A stretch of DNA of 52,577 nt, from positions 1-52,577 of the IMG/VR virus record IMGVR_UViG_3300050139_000048, one strand, 5' to 3'. This stretch comes from a virus. Lineage: Duplodnaviria > Caudoviricetes. The notes beneath the pieces are model-generated. The model made no database searches. It saw only the letters and a program-made list of their open reading frames with translations, and was not told the origin of the DNA. Below, piece after piece: positions 18,332 to 28,036 of the stretch. A program made the position numbers and the translations under genes. Numbering within the stretch: position 1 is the stretch's first letter; every line of letters starts with the position of its first letter.

Positions 18332-19414
18332 CTAAATTTCCTCGACCTCGATGTCGATACGCGCAAAAACCGGATCTTCTGCGTTAATGGTGAACTTGCG
18401 GTAAATCCCCAGAATCAGGAACGGCTCGAACCATCCGTCCGTCGAATCATCAAGGCTTGTGTACACGGCTGGGACTGCGTTTAACGCAGTGCGCAGATTG
18501 TAGATGTCTCGCGCCGACGCCTTATCCGCGATCACGGTTTGATTCACCTTCGGCACTGAACGGCGAGGTATTAACGTCGCGTTGCCGAACGCATCACGGT
18601 CGATCACGCTGAAATTAGTCGCGTCCGATTCGGCGCCGTGTTCGGTCTCGCCTAAATATTGATCGGTGCCAATCACCAGCGCACCGACAGCGGCTGGGCC
18701 GCCGGTATTCGTAATTGTCACCGTGAGAACGTCGCCAGCGTATCGCGGCAGATCGAACAGAACGAAGGCGGCGCGCAGGCCGAAATCGGAGAAAAAATAT
18801 TCGTACCAGTCCGCCACTGGAATCATGCGTGTCTGAAGGTTTTTCGTGCGTAGGTAGTGATTGACGGACGGCGAACCTACTGCATCGTCCATCGAAACGG
18901 TGACTTCGTTCGCCTCAAGCCCGAGCATGGCGAGCGCTTTTATCCGTACGCCAGGGGTCAACCTGACAACGATCGGAGAGGCGAAAACCGTCTGCGTATT
19001 GCGAAACAGATCGAACATTGACCACTTATTTGTCGGGCCGATATCCAGCCATTTCAGCGTCGCCGTCCCCGGATAAACCGGAAGCGGATTGCCGAGGTTT
19101 CCGGTTGCGAGCGATTCGTAAACGCGATGCGTTGTCGCCGACGAAACCGTGTCGCCCAAGCCGTACGTCGTGCCGCTGTTGTAGGCCGTTTCCGTCGGTC
19201 CAAGCGATGTCCACCACAGAGGCGAGACGTTCGGCGTGTTCCCGGTATTGTTCGACGCCAGCGATTTATAAATCTTGAAATCCGCCGCGACGGAAACGAT
19301 CGCCCCGACCGCGTAGGTCGTCCCGCCAGCATAGGCAGACGGCGCCCATGGCTCCGTCGCATCGGAACTGGTAAGCGTGGCGTCCAAAATCGCCAGCGGC
19401 GGTATGACGCGCAT
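18332..19414 (-). CDS. Tail tip/distal tail protein with two carbohydrate-binding-like repeats
   Basis: AY..GTTY..G..VS...Y.SL...N.GN.P repeated twice; W.DIGPTNKW.MFD; D.FGN..L..R; follows tape measure gene. Confidence 0.75.
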   Translation of the reverse strand: MRVIPPLAILDATLTSSDATEPWAPSAYAGGTTYAVGAIVSVAADFKIYKSLASNNTGNTPNVSPLWWTSLGPTETAYNSGTTYGLGDTVSSATTHRVYESLATGNLGNPLPVYPGTATLKWLDIGPTNKWSMFDLFRNTQTVFASPIVVRLTPGVRIKALAMLGLEANEVTVSMDDAVGSPSVNHYLRTKNLQTRMIPVADWYEYFFSDFGLRAAFVLFDLPRYAGDVLTVTITNTGGPAAVGALVIGTDQYLGETEHGAESDATNFSVIDRDAFGNATLIPRRSVPKVNQTVIADKASARDIYNLRTALNAVPAVYTSLDDSTDGWFEPFLILGIYRKFTINAEDPVFARIDIEVEEI

Positions 19415-19417
19415 GGA

Positions 19418-19696
19418 CTAGCCGCCCTGGTCCAAATCCGCTATTGAGGCAGCGGTAACGGTTGCCGAGTTGGCTTTCATTGCCGCCAGAGCAGCGTAGA
19501 ACGTCGAACCCTGCGAAGCCGCCACGCCAAACTCTGCGCACCCTTCCAGGTTCGCCGCCTGTGCGCCGCCCGCGCTGATCGAATCCGCCAGCGACTTTGC
19601 GCGGGCGAGCAATTGCTGGGCATTGGCGATGTGGTCAACGGCTTCGGCCACCATTACGCTGCCGATTTTCAACGGGTCATACGTGATTCGCGCCAT
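19418..19696 (-). CDS. Hypothetical protein (tail region)
   Basis: 92-aa ORF tightly packed in tail operon. Confidence 0.65.
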   Translation of the reverse strand: MARITYDPLKIGSVMVAEAVDHIANAQQLLARAKSLADSISAGGAQAANLEGCAEFGVAASQGSTFYAALAAMKANSATVTAASIADLDQGG

Positions 19697-19697
19697 G

Positions 19698-19946
19698 TCA
19701 TTCTCCGATGGTTTTCAACAACAATATCGCGTCGAACTGACGCCCTTTGGCTACAAGCGTTTTCGCCCGGCGCCGAATCATGGACACATACATTTTGTCC
19801 GCGCTCGTCTTCGCGTTCGCCACAGCAATAACTGCCTTTAGTTCATCGTTTTCAGATGTGGTAATCGTCGCCCGTAACTGCGCGTTTTCCAATTCCAACG
19901 CGCTCGCGCTCGCATGCGCTACGAGCAGTTTTTCCCGTTCGTTCAT
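19698..19946 (-). CDS. Hypothetical protein (tail region)
   Basis: ATGA-coupled to tape measure stop. Confidence 0.6.
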   Translation of the reverse strand: MNEREKLLVAHASASALELENAQLRATITTSENDELKAVIAVANAKTSADKMYVSMIRRRAKTLVAKGRQFDAILLLKTIGE

Positions 19947-22900
19947 GCCGCATTCGTCGAAAGAGACCGCTGGCCGTAGGAAACCGCGTCAAGGGTATCT
20001 GCGGTCCGCTTTGTATCCTTGCGCAAGGAAATCACCTCGGCGCGTAGGGCGCGAATCTCGGCAACGAGTTCATCATTCGCCGCGCCGCCCATCATTCCGC
20101 GCGTCTGGCTCGCGTTATAGACCCGGGCCTGTGAGCCGACATTGATCAGTTCACGGCCCGCCTCTCCTGCCATGATCCAGCCGCTAGCGACGCCACCCGA
20201 TGCGAAGCCAGGAGGCGGATGCCCCGCTTTCCAGGCGGCAAACTGTGCGTCGAAGTCCGACAGACCGCCTCCAGCCGCTTGGACACTGGCCCAGATAGAT
20301 ACCGCCGCGGCCTGGAATGCGTCGTTGTAAGTGGTCTGCGCCGCCTGCGCCTGCAGCCCCATCATCTGCTGCAACAGCGAGGCGATGGTGGCGTTTCCGA
20401 TCACCATGGCAGAAAGCGAATTGGACTGCACGCCGCCACTCGCGACCAACGCGGCCAGCATGGATTCAGAGTACGTCGTATTCAGGGCGGTAATGTTCTT
20501 GATCACATCCTGCGTCGCGTTGCCACTGATGATCTGGCCGGTCTGCGTTCCGACGAGGCTGTTGCCGAGCGCGATATTTCCAGTCTGGTCCACCACCAGC
20601 GCATTGCCGATCGACAATTGCTGCGCCTGGTTTCCAAGCCAGGAATTACCGAGGATCACCTGCCCGGTCTGATCCACAGTCAAGCCGTTGGCGAGAACGA
20701 TCTGCCCGGTCTGGTCCTGCATCATCACGGCCTGTAGGCCATTGCCAGAGACGATCTGCGTGGTCTGGTCTTGCAGGAGCCCAGCAATGGTGCCCAGCAT
20801 GCCCATCTGCTGCGTCAGGATCGTCGCGTCCGGACTCGGCAGGGATAACTGATCCTTGATCGCCTGCAGCACGCCGGTCTGCGTCTCGAGTAGCGTCGCT
20901 TGGTATTCGTTCCAGTTCACCATCGCCGTGCTGGCGATCTGCGCCTGACTCAACATGCCGACGACCTTGGCCTGGTCGCGGGCGTACTCGAGCGATGTCC
21001 GGCTGGTAGCTAGGCTGGCAGCAAGGAAATCCTGCCCAGCCTGCGGGAGCGCGGACAATGCCGACGCGTTGCCAGTCATGGCGGTGCCGAACAGGGCTTG
21101 CAGCCTATCCGAAGCGCCGGCGGTGCCGCCGCCGCTGATCTTGTTCACGGCGTCCACAAGAGCCTGCGTGATTTGCCGGTAGGAGTCCGCGGCCTGGTGC
21201 GCAGCCTGAGCCGCCGAGCTCGACGCGCTGATCTGACTATCAACCGCAGATGACGCCGCTTTCTGGGCATCGCTGACCTGTTGTGCTAACGTCTGCATTG
21301 CCCCGGTCGCGTCGTTGGCGGCCGTCGCCAAATCCTGCGCGGCGTAGATTTGCTTCTGCAGCGCCTGCAGGGTCGGATCGAGGGCCGCGAGCTCGTCTGC
21401 GCGTTGAGCGGCCAGCGCGCCGGCGGCATCGCCCTGGGCCTGCATCAATTGGATTTCAAGCTGACGCTTTGCCGTAGCCAGCGTGCCCGCGGCGGTGAGG
21501 TCAGCGAGAAACTTTGCCGCATCCGCAGTCGACTTCGCCGCGGCATCGGCGGCCGGTGATAGTTGCTGTGTCAGGGCATCGATAAGCGCCTGTGAGCCCG
21601 TCCCGGCCGGCCCGGAGACCGATGTGCCGACCAACTTGTCGAGCGTCGCCTTGTCGTATTTCGTCGGATCGTTCAGCGAGGCGTTGAGCGCTTGGGCCAG
21701 CGAGGTCATCACTGCCGGGTCCGGGACTTCGCTTGAGCCGATGCTGTACATGCCGTTGGTCTTTTGTAGGGTCGCCCAGTTGTCATAGCGCTGACCGGGA
21801 GGCGGCTGATCGTTTCCTCCGCTAAACAATCCATAGACCGCGGCCGCGCCAAGAGCCGCCCAACCCCATACCGGGATTGCCGCAGCAACGGCACTAAGCC
21901 CGGCGCCGCTCGCCAAACTGGCCGTCTCCCCGGCGGCGACCATGGAGCCAGCCTCATACACCGGAGCCGCAGTCATTACGCCAGACGCTCCGATGCTGCC
22001 AACTCCAGAACCCATCGATGCAAGGCCCATCTTGCCGACCAAATTGCCTGCCGCGCTGCCCAACATGCTTGACCCGGCAGATCCTGCCGCGCCACTGGCC
22101 GCGCCACCAGATACCGAACCGACGACATTAACGACGAACGTCTGCGCCGCAAGCTTGGCAAGCGCTTGCTCGATCACCGTGACGAAATCCTTGACGCCGA
22201 GCTTGCCGTGCATGAAGAAATTCGTGAGCATGTCCTCCATGCCCTTGAACGACGATCCCCAGAAATCTTTCGCGTGCTGTGCGGCGTTGGTCGCGTTATC
22301 TAGGTAGTCGTTGAATGCCTGCTGCGTTCCGGTAGCCCAGGAGCGTTCTGCGGTCTGGCGAGCGGAAATTAGGCCGAGGATGCTGGCCTTCGCGGTCTCA
22401 TACGTCTTTAGTATCCGCTCTGCATCCGCCTGGGCACTGTATGCGATGCCGCCGTATTCGTTCATCGGCAACGCTTCAAGCTGCTTTTGCAAGTCCAGAT
22501 CGATCTTGCGCGCAGCGGTAAGCAGTTCCTGCTCGTGCGTGGTCTTTCCGATTAACGTGATCGCAAAGTTCATCTCGTCAATATTTAGACGCTGCGCTAT
22601 GGCGTAATCCTTCTCTATCACGCTGGACTTCTCTTGCGCTCCGTATAGGGCTTCGACCTGTTTTACGGCCTCCTCCTGAATGGTGACCATGTCCTTGTAG
22701 GCTTGGATCTTCGCGGCCATAACCATGAGAGAGGCCTTTTCCTCAGGCGTCAGTTTCTTGAGTGTTCCGGTTGTAGTCTCATACATGATGAGAGCGACTT
22801 CGCCGGCATGCGTCAGATTGAAATACTGCTTTTCAAGCGACTGCATTGCGCCTTCGTAGAGTTTCAGTTGCGCTGCAGCCTTGGCCGCGTCACCTAGGGC

Positions 22901-24061
22901 GAAGTTGAGTTGCTTCTGCGGCAAAGGCTGACCGTATTGATCAACCGGTCCGGACCATGGGCCGGTAGCGTTCCCGCGCGCATTTATTCCAGCCTTCACG
23001 GCGTCGAATGTTCCGGTGTAGGTGGGGGTGGTCAGAAGTGATCCGCTTGCCTCTCTTCTCTTTCGTGCCGCCTCCTCCAGTGCCGCTTGCTCGCGCAGCA
23101 TTGTCAAGGCGTTATTCTTGATCGCATCCGAAGCACCCGACGCAGCGATTGTGATTGCTGCGTAGCCGTTGCTGATCGCATTAAAGTATTTTTGGAACGG
23201 CGCTTCGATCTCCGAAACTTTGTTGCCAAGGGTGATCATCACGTCCATCAGGGCCGCGACGCCCAACAACGCATTGTCTGCCCACGTTGTAATTGATCCG
23301 TCCGCAGCGAGCCCTTTTACAGAACCCGCGAGCGAGTCGGTATTTTTTGACGCATCCAACAGCACGCCGACAAAGGTCTGCATGGATGGCAGCAACGCGC
23401 TTACCAGCGTATTCCACAGTATTTCTTTCTGCTGATTCAGGCGCGCGAGTTCGATCTGATATTCTTCAGCCGCCCGCGCCTGCTCGGTCGTAACGCTTGC
23501 TTCAATTCCAGCCAGTTCCACCATTTTCTTGAGCGTCGGGATCAGTTCAGCGCCAGCCTTACCGAATAGAGTGGTCATGATGGCGGACTTGCCGGCGCCG
23601 TCCTGGTAGACGTATAGCTTTTTTGCAATCTCCTCCATCAGCGCAGACGGGTCTTTTAGATTGCCCGCCGCGTCCTTTGCCGACAAGCCGAGAAATTTCA
23701 GCGCCTGGCTGGACGCGAGCGTATCGACGCCGGCGCCGGCCATGCCCTTGCTCAATTTCGCCAGTCCCTGCGTTACGGCATCAATGCTCGAGCCTGACAC
23801 GCCAGCGAAGAATTGCAGCTTTGACAGATTCTCAACGCTCGCGCCGGTTTTCTCGGATGCGTTCTTGAGCTTGTCCATGCCCTCGACGACCGAGTTGATC
23901 TTATCGAGCAGCATGGTCGCGGAGAAACCGATGCCAAGCGTACCCAGGATCTTTTCCATGTCGCGCACGGCGTTGCCGACGATGGAATTGGCCTTTGACA
24001 TGTCGTCGGTAATGCGCGCGAGGTTCGCGAGCATCTGTACCTCAAGCGTCCCAGCGATCAT
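19943..24061 (-). CDS. Tail tape measure protein (lambda-type)
   Basis: 1372 aa, Ala-rich; W..G...AF.DY.D.A.N ... F.GMED.L..F...GKL..KDF lambda-family segment; C-terminal PGFASGG...AGEAGREL. Confidence 0.93.
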   Translation of the reverse strand: MIAGTLEVQMLANLARITDDMSKANSIVGNAVRDMEKILGTLGIGFSATMLLDKINSVVEGMDKLKNASEKTGASVENLSKLQFFAGVSGSSIDAVTQGLAKLSKGMAGAGVDTLASSQALKFLGLSAKDAAGNLKDPSALMEEIAKKLYVYQDGAGKSAIMTTLFGKAGAELIPTLKKMVELAGIEASVTTEQARAAEEYQIELARLNQQKEILWNTLVSALLPSMQTFVGVLLDASKNTDSLAGSVKGLAADGSITTWADNALLGVAALMDVMITLGNKVSEIEAPFQKYFNAISNGYAAITIAASGASDAIKNNALTMLREQAALEEAARKRREASGSLLTTPTYTGTFDAVKAGINARGNATGPWSGPVDQYGQPLPQKQLNFALGDAAKAAAQLKLYEGAMQSLEKQYFNLTHAGEVALIMYETTTGTLKKLTPEEKASLMVMAAKIQAYKDMVTIQEEAVKQVEALYGAQEKSSVIEKDYAIAQRLNIDEMNFAITLIGKTTHEQELLTAARKIDLDLQKQLEALPMNEYGGIAYSAQADAERILKTYETAKASILGLISARQTAERSWATGTQQAFNDYLDNATNAAQHAKDFWGSSFKGMEDMLTNFFMHGKLGVKDFVTVIEQALAKLAAQTFVVNVVGSVSGGAASGAAGSAGSSMLGSAAGNLVGKMGLASMGSGVGSIGASGVMTAAPVYEAGSMVAAGETASLASGAGLSAVAAAIPVWGWAALGAAAVYGLFSGGNDQPPPGQRYDNWATLQKTNGMYSIGSSEVPDPAVMTSLAQALNASLNDPTKYDKATLDKLVGTSVSGPAGTGSQALIDALTQQLSPAADAAAKSTADAAKFLADLTAAGTLATAKRQLEIQLMQAQGDAAGALAAQRADELAALDPTLQALQKQIYAAQDLATAANDATGAMQTLAQQVSDAQKAASSAVDSQISASSSAAQAAHQAADSYRQITQALVDAVNKISGGGTAGASDRLQALFGTAMTGNASALSALPQAGQDFLAASLATSRTSLEYARDQAKVVGMLSQAQIASTAMVNWNEYQATLLETQTGVLQAIKDQLSLPSPDATILTQQMGMLGTIAGLLQDQTTQIVSGNGLQAVMMQDQTGQIVLANGLTVDQTGQVILGNSWLGNQAQQLSIGNALVVDQTGNIALGNSLVGTQTGQIISGNATQDVIKNITALNTTYSESMLAALVASGGVQSNSLSAMVIGNATIASLLQQMMGLQAQAAQTTYNDAFQAAAVSIWASVQAAGGGLSDFDAQFAAWKAGHPPPGFASGGVASGWIMAGEAGRELINVGSQARVYNASQTRGMMGGAANDELVAEIRALRAEVISLRKDTKRTADTLDAVSYGQRSLSTNAA

Positions 24062-24075
24062 GGATTTTTCCCAAT

Positions 24076-24097
24076 AAAAAAGCCCGCCGAAGCGGGC
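24076..24097 (-). terminator. Intrinsic terminator
   Basis: GCCCGC-TTCG-GCGGGC-TTTTTT on the minus strand. Confidence 0.85.
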
Positions 24098-24119
24098 CTG
24101 AGTCCAGAGTATTTAAGAG

Positions 24120-24311
24120 TTACTTATCGCGCAGCCAAGCCGTCAAACGGCATCCGGCTATTACCAGCGCTCCGAGCGTGAGGAAAACGACCATTAGCAT
24201 GGATCGATCTACATCCATTCGATTGCCCATGGAAACATAAATCCACACGCTATAGACGAGCAGCGCAAAGCCGGCAAGCTGGCCCAATTTCAGCCATGTT
24301 TCTATTCTCAC
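24120..24311 (-). CDS. Small two-TM protein (moron-like)
   Basis: Two hydrophobic helices; followed by its own terminator. Confidence 0.6.
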   Translation of the reverse strand: MRIETWLKLGQLAGFALLVYSVWIYVSMGNRMDVDRSMLMVVFLTLGALVIAGCRLTAWLRDK

Positions 24312-24350
24312 GATCTCGCCTCCATCGTTCAGAAAATTGAACGATACGCC

Positions 24351-24793
24351 CTATCCGAACACGGCGTCTATCTTCGCGGCAACAAGTGCGCGACGTTCCT
24401 CGAATCCATAAGGCGGCGGGCAGTCGATCTTTTCCGACTTCTGCGCCTGGCTCAGGTACTCGCGCGATAACCCACGCAAGAATCCAGCTTGCCAAGGTTG
24501 CAGTAATATGCCGGTCTCTTCCTGCCACGCAATCAGGTGCTCGCTTCTGAGTGGTACATCTCCCATCCCTGTATTTACGCCAGGCCCTACGTCGAACAAA
24601 TAGCCCACGATGTACTCGGCATCGATCGGCGGCATGTCGGGTTGATAATCTTCGTCTTTCATGTCCGCCTTCATTTTCTCAAGGCGGGATACCGGCTTCG
24701 CAGCACTGATGCTCTTTTCTTTCGACTCCGGCACGGCGGCGAGCCATGCCGACTGTCGAACGTACAGGCTCAGGTCTTCGTAGAGCCCGGCAT
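24351..24793 (-). CDS. Tail assembly chaperone, gpT-like frameshift extension
   Basis: The -1 frame after AAATTTT reads YAGLYEDLSLYVRQSAWLAAVPESK and joins ORF 24351..24734. Confidence 0.8.
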
Positions 24794-25201
24794 AAAATTT
24801 GCCGTATTCCTCGCGTTCAGTTCAACCTGCTCCGTGATGTGCGAGAGTTTCGGATTGAAATACACTTCCGCGAACAAATCCTCTCCGGTCTTGCCATTGT
24901 CGCTGTCGATGTTCTCGAATGACTTGGTGATGGCGATAGCGAAATCAGCCTTTTGCTTAAGGGTTTCGTCCACGGTCATCTTGATCTTGCCCTTGCGCTG
25001 CATCCGTTCGATGTTCTTGTTATCGCGCTCGGTCTGCGCTCGCGCGAATTGCTTCGTTCCTGGCCCATAGATGTGGGCACGTTGCGGCTTGCTGATATCC
25101 GGAGATCCGTCCGGCCCGTCCGCGTACATCAGCTCATCCTCGGCGTCGCGAAGATGAAGCGCAAAGACATCTACCAATTCTTGCTTCGTGAGACTTGACA
25201 T
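24770..25201 (-). CDS. Tail assembly chaperone, gpG-like
   Basis: Between tail tube and tape measure genes; ends with ANF and a slippery site. Confidence 0.85.
   Translation of the reverse strand: MSSLTKQELVDVFALHLRDAEDELMYADGPDGSPDISKPQRAHIYGPGTKQFARAQTERDNKNIERMQRKGKIKMTVDETLKQKADFAIAITKSFENIDSDNGKTGEDLFAEVYFNPKLSHITEQVELNARNTANFMPGSTKT
24794..24800 (-). other. -1 programmed ribosomal frameshift heptamer A-AAT-TTT
   Basis: X XXY YYZ pattern in the correct frame (GCA AAT TTT); -1 frame open to 24351. Confidence 0.85.
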
Positions 25202-25299
25202 GATTTTCCTTTAGCTGGGAGTAAATGGATGCCCGTGCCAGGCGCGCGCTCCCCAGCTAAGAGGAGACATCGCGCCCGGTCGGTGCTGTTGTGGCCGTC

Positions 25300-25752
25300 T
25301 TAGGCCGGGTCTGAAACGGTGTCAGTCTGGCGCAGCAACGTCATCTGGCCCTGCACCACGTTATCGACCGTGCCCATCTTTTCGAGGAACTCGGAGACTT
25401 GTGCGGTGAAGTAGCGGATGTCGCCGCCCTGCTTCGTGAGCTTGAAGGTGAGCACGCTGTCGTCCAGCGCGGCGGTGCGGCACAGATCCTGCCCAGCATC
25501 GTTTTGGTCCCAGGCCATCACGACCACGATGTCTTCCAGGCTGTAGCTGCCTTTTTTGCGCTGGCGCCGCCGGCTCGTGATAGGCGCATGTTCGACCGTG
25601 TTGTATTTGCGGCCGGCGGCGCCAGGCAGATCGGTGATTTCGCCGATGTCGGTGTAGACGATCGCGGTGCTGAACCCGGCCGGGGTGGTGTTCGGGCTCG
25701 GGGGCGTGATGGAACATGCCAGCGTGCTGCCGGCGGTAGTCTCGTAAGACAT
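25300..25752 (-). CDS. Major tail tube protein
   Basis: 150 aa; IGEITDLP, K.KGS, D.NDAGQ, RYFTAQV; upstream of chaperones. Confidence 0.85.
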   Translation of the reverse strand: MSYETTAGSTLACSITPPSPNTTPAGFSTAIVYTDIGEITDLPGAAGRKYNTVEHAPITSRRRQRKKGSYSLEDIVVVMAWDQNDAGQDLCRTAALDDSVLTFKLTKQGGDIRYFTAQVSEFLEKMGTVDNVVQGQMTLLRQTDTVSDPA

Positions 25753-25801
25753 GGCAATTTCCTTTCAAAAGCCGCAGCAGAATGCTTGGCGGTACAACAT
25801 G

Positions 25802-25876
25802 AAAAAAGCCGCTGATCTAAGCGGCTTGGTGGTGGTGCTAGGTCCAAAGAAAAAGCCGCCCAACTTCGGCGGCTTC
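25802..25876 (-). terminator. Two tandem intrinsic terminators
   Basis: AAGCCGC..GCGGCTTTTTT and AGCCGCC..GGCGGCTTTTT hairpins. Confidence 0.75.
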
Positions 25877-25898
25877 GGTGGATATGTTGGCGCTACGA

Positions 25899-26789
25899 TT
25901 AGGTAATTAACCTACCGTGCCAATCGCGCTTTCCCAAATATATTTTTCCAGTCTCGGACAATTCCCCTGCCTCCAAACAGCGGCGTCTGATTGCAGCCCA
26001 TCTAGCAAGATGGAATGCTTTTATCTTTTCCCTTGCTTCGGTGGAATGAACCTTACCTTTGTTCGCCTCAGACAGTTTTAATTTCTGTTCTTCGGACATT
26101 TTGCATCCAAGTCTAGTGCTTGGCTTGCCCTTCTTTGCGGCGGATAACTTTGCTTTTTGTTCCTCGGACATTGGCACACCTTTTTTCTTGCTTGGCTTGC
26201 CGATGCGGATCAAAGACATTTGTTTCCTAACCTCCTCGGATCGTTTTTTCCCTCTGTTTCCGTCCGCAATCTTTTTTATTTGCTCCGGTGTGCGACGTTT
26301 GCCCTTGTTGGCCTTCGCAATTTTTGCAATGTGTTCGGGAGATAGCTTCCTTCCCAAGTGATACGCCAATGCTGCCGCCATCGTTTGCGGCGAAAGCGGT
26401 CTGCCTCTCTTTTGAGCCGCTAATCTTGCGACCGTCTGCGGGTCGTGCTTCATTCCAGAAGCGCCCTCGCCGCCATCAGTGTAGTTTGCCAATGAGCAAC
26501 CGCGCCGACGGTATAAATCAATCGCCTCGATTTCAACCAGCATCGCTAATTCTTCGTCAACATCCTTTACTAAAAAAGACTTGTGAAATCCGCCGTCTTT
26601 TTTAACGATGTTTTTCCAATGAAGATTACGACCGTCGCGTTTTCTCGCGCGCTTGCCGTTACCTTTTCCGATATAGAAAGGCTCACCAGTGCTCAGGCGA
26701 CTATGAACGTAAACATAGAATTTTTTATCGGTCGGCAGAAGGCGGCGCACCACCCCATTTTTTCCGCCTGCTACAATCGCGTCAGCCAT
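25899..26789 (-). CDS. GIY-YIG-like homing endonuclease with NUMOD3 repeats
   Basis: FYVYVH...PFYIGKG, NYTDGGEG, repeated (H/M)SEE.K.K.S.A.KGK. Confidence 0.9.
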   Translation of the reverse strand: MADAIVAGGKNGVVRRLLPTDKKFYVYVHSRLSTGEPFYIGKGNGKRARKRDGRNLHWKNIVKKDGGFHKSFLVKDVDEELAMLVEIEAIDLYRRRGCSLANYTDGGEGASGMKHDPQTVARLAAQKRGRPLSPQTMAAALAYHLGRKLSPEHIAKIAKANKGKRRTPEQIKKIADGNRGKKRSEEVRKQMSLIRIGKPSKKKGVPMSEEQKAKLSAAKKGKPSTRLGCKMSEEQKLKLSEANKGKVHSTEAREKIKAFHLARWAAIRRRCLEAGELSETGKIYLGKRDWHGRLIT

Positions 26790-26872
26790 GATGCACACCT
26801 CTGGTCAGGTTGCGTTGTGGTTAGAACCCGCATCGCGCTGAAACGCTTTGCGGGTTCGCCTATTCTATCCTG

Positions 26873-27304
26873 CTAGCTGCGCCAGCGGACAAGGAAATCG
26901 CGGCTTCCGCTATACAGGCTTGTCGCGTCGTCGCTCAAATCTGGCCCTTCGTTGTCCGGTCGAATATCCAGGACCGTGATCCCATTCACGCTTCCATGCG
27001 TGTTCGGACAGGCCGCCAGCACGAGCGGAAGCAATGCCTTGACCCCCGGAACCCCAGCGCCCGCCGGCGTGCCCTGCGGCCCCTTAAACAGCACGCTGAC
27101 CTGCACGCGCTCGGTGTGCATGCGATTCGGCTCGGTCATAGCCACGGTCAAACGCGGCTGGCTACTGACTTCCGTCACCGATATTGCTGGCATCGCGCTG
27201 TTCAGCGGCAGATCGCCGGCAACAATGCGCGCCGCGGGCACGACATTCAGCACCGCCTGGGCGTTCGCCAACAGGTAGCGGATCACGGCGACGCCTGACA
27301 TCAT
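26873..27304 (-). CDS. Tail terminator/completion protein (DUF3168-like)
   Basis: V..RI....LP....PAI, RVQV motifs; position before tail tube. Confidence 0.8.
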   Translation of the reverse strand: MMSGVAVIRYLLANAQAVLNVVPAARIVAGDLPLNSAMPAISVTEVSSQPRLTVAMTEPNRMHTERVQVSVLFKGPQGTPAGAGVPGVKALLPLVLAACPNTHGSVNGITVLDIRPDNEGPDLSDDATSLYSGSRDFLVRWRS

Positions 27305-27807
27305 CCCTCCGCGATCGTGATGTCGGAAGTATCCAAACCGCCCGCCTCAAGCCGCGCCTTCATGTACTCACCGGCAGCGACAACAGCTGCACCGCCGCTG
27401 CGATCCAACGCCGGGCGCAAGAACGGCTTCGCGGCGAACCCAGGATGACGGACAGCCCTGGCGAAGATGCCGAGGAACGAAAGCCAGCCGCCAGCCTTCG
27501 CCACGATGTCATGCGGCTTGACCCCGTACTCGATCCACTTGGCGATATAGGCATGCTTTCCGGTGGACACCACCGAGGCCGTAACCGTACCGCCGCGCGA
27601 GCTGGTTTTCACCTTCAGGCCCGCGATCAGTTCGCCGGTCTGGACGGCTCCGGCGGCCATCAGGTTCGCCTGCGCCTCAGGCAACAACTCCTTGACCGCG
27701 CCCGCGCGCAATCCGCCTCTGACGCAGTTCCGCTCAAACTTTGGCGGGAATTGGTCGAGGAACTTCTGCAAGTCCGAAAGGCCCTTGACGTGGATCGGAT
27801 CACTCAC
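27301..27807 (-). CDS. HK97 gp10-like neck/tail component
   Basis: VKGL.DL...L, TG.L, IEYG, HPG..AKPFLRPA. Confidence 0.88.
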   Translation of the reverse strand: MSDPIHVKGLSDLQKFLDQFPPKFERNCVRGGLRAGAVKELLPEAQANLMAAGAVQTGELIAGLKVKTSSRGGTVTASVVSTGKHAYIAKWIEYGVKPHDIVAKAGGWLSFLGIFARAVRHPGFAAKPFLRPALDRSGGAAVVAAGEYMKARLEAGGLDTSDITIAEG

Positions 27808-28036
27808 GAAATCGCTCCCGGCGCCGTGTTCCTCTTCACCGGCTTCGCGCCGCTGATCGGGCGATGCGCGGGTACAACTGGCTCAGGACCGCGCATCAGG
27901 CCGATCTTGCGCATATCGAGCGATCCGTCGACGAGCGCGACAGCCGCGCCGGCGTTGACCATGGCGAGCGCGACCTCGTCGTAGGCTTCCGCGCTGATTT
28001 CCACTTGGGTCACCTTGCGTCCGAACATTGCGCCTC

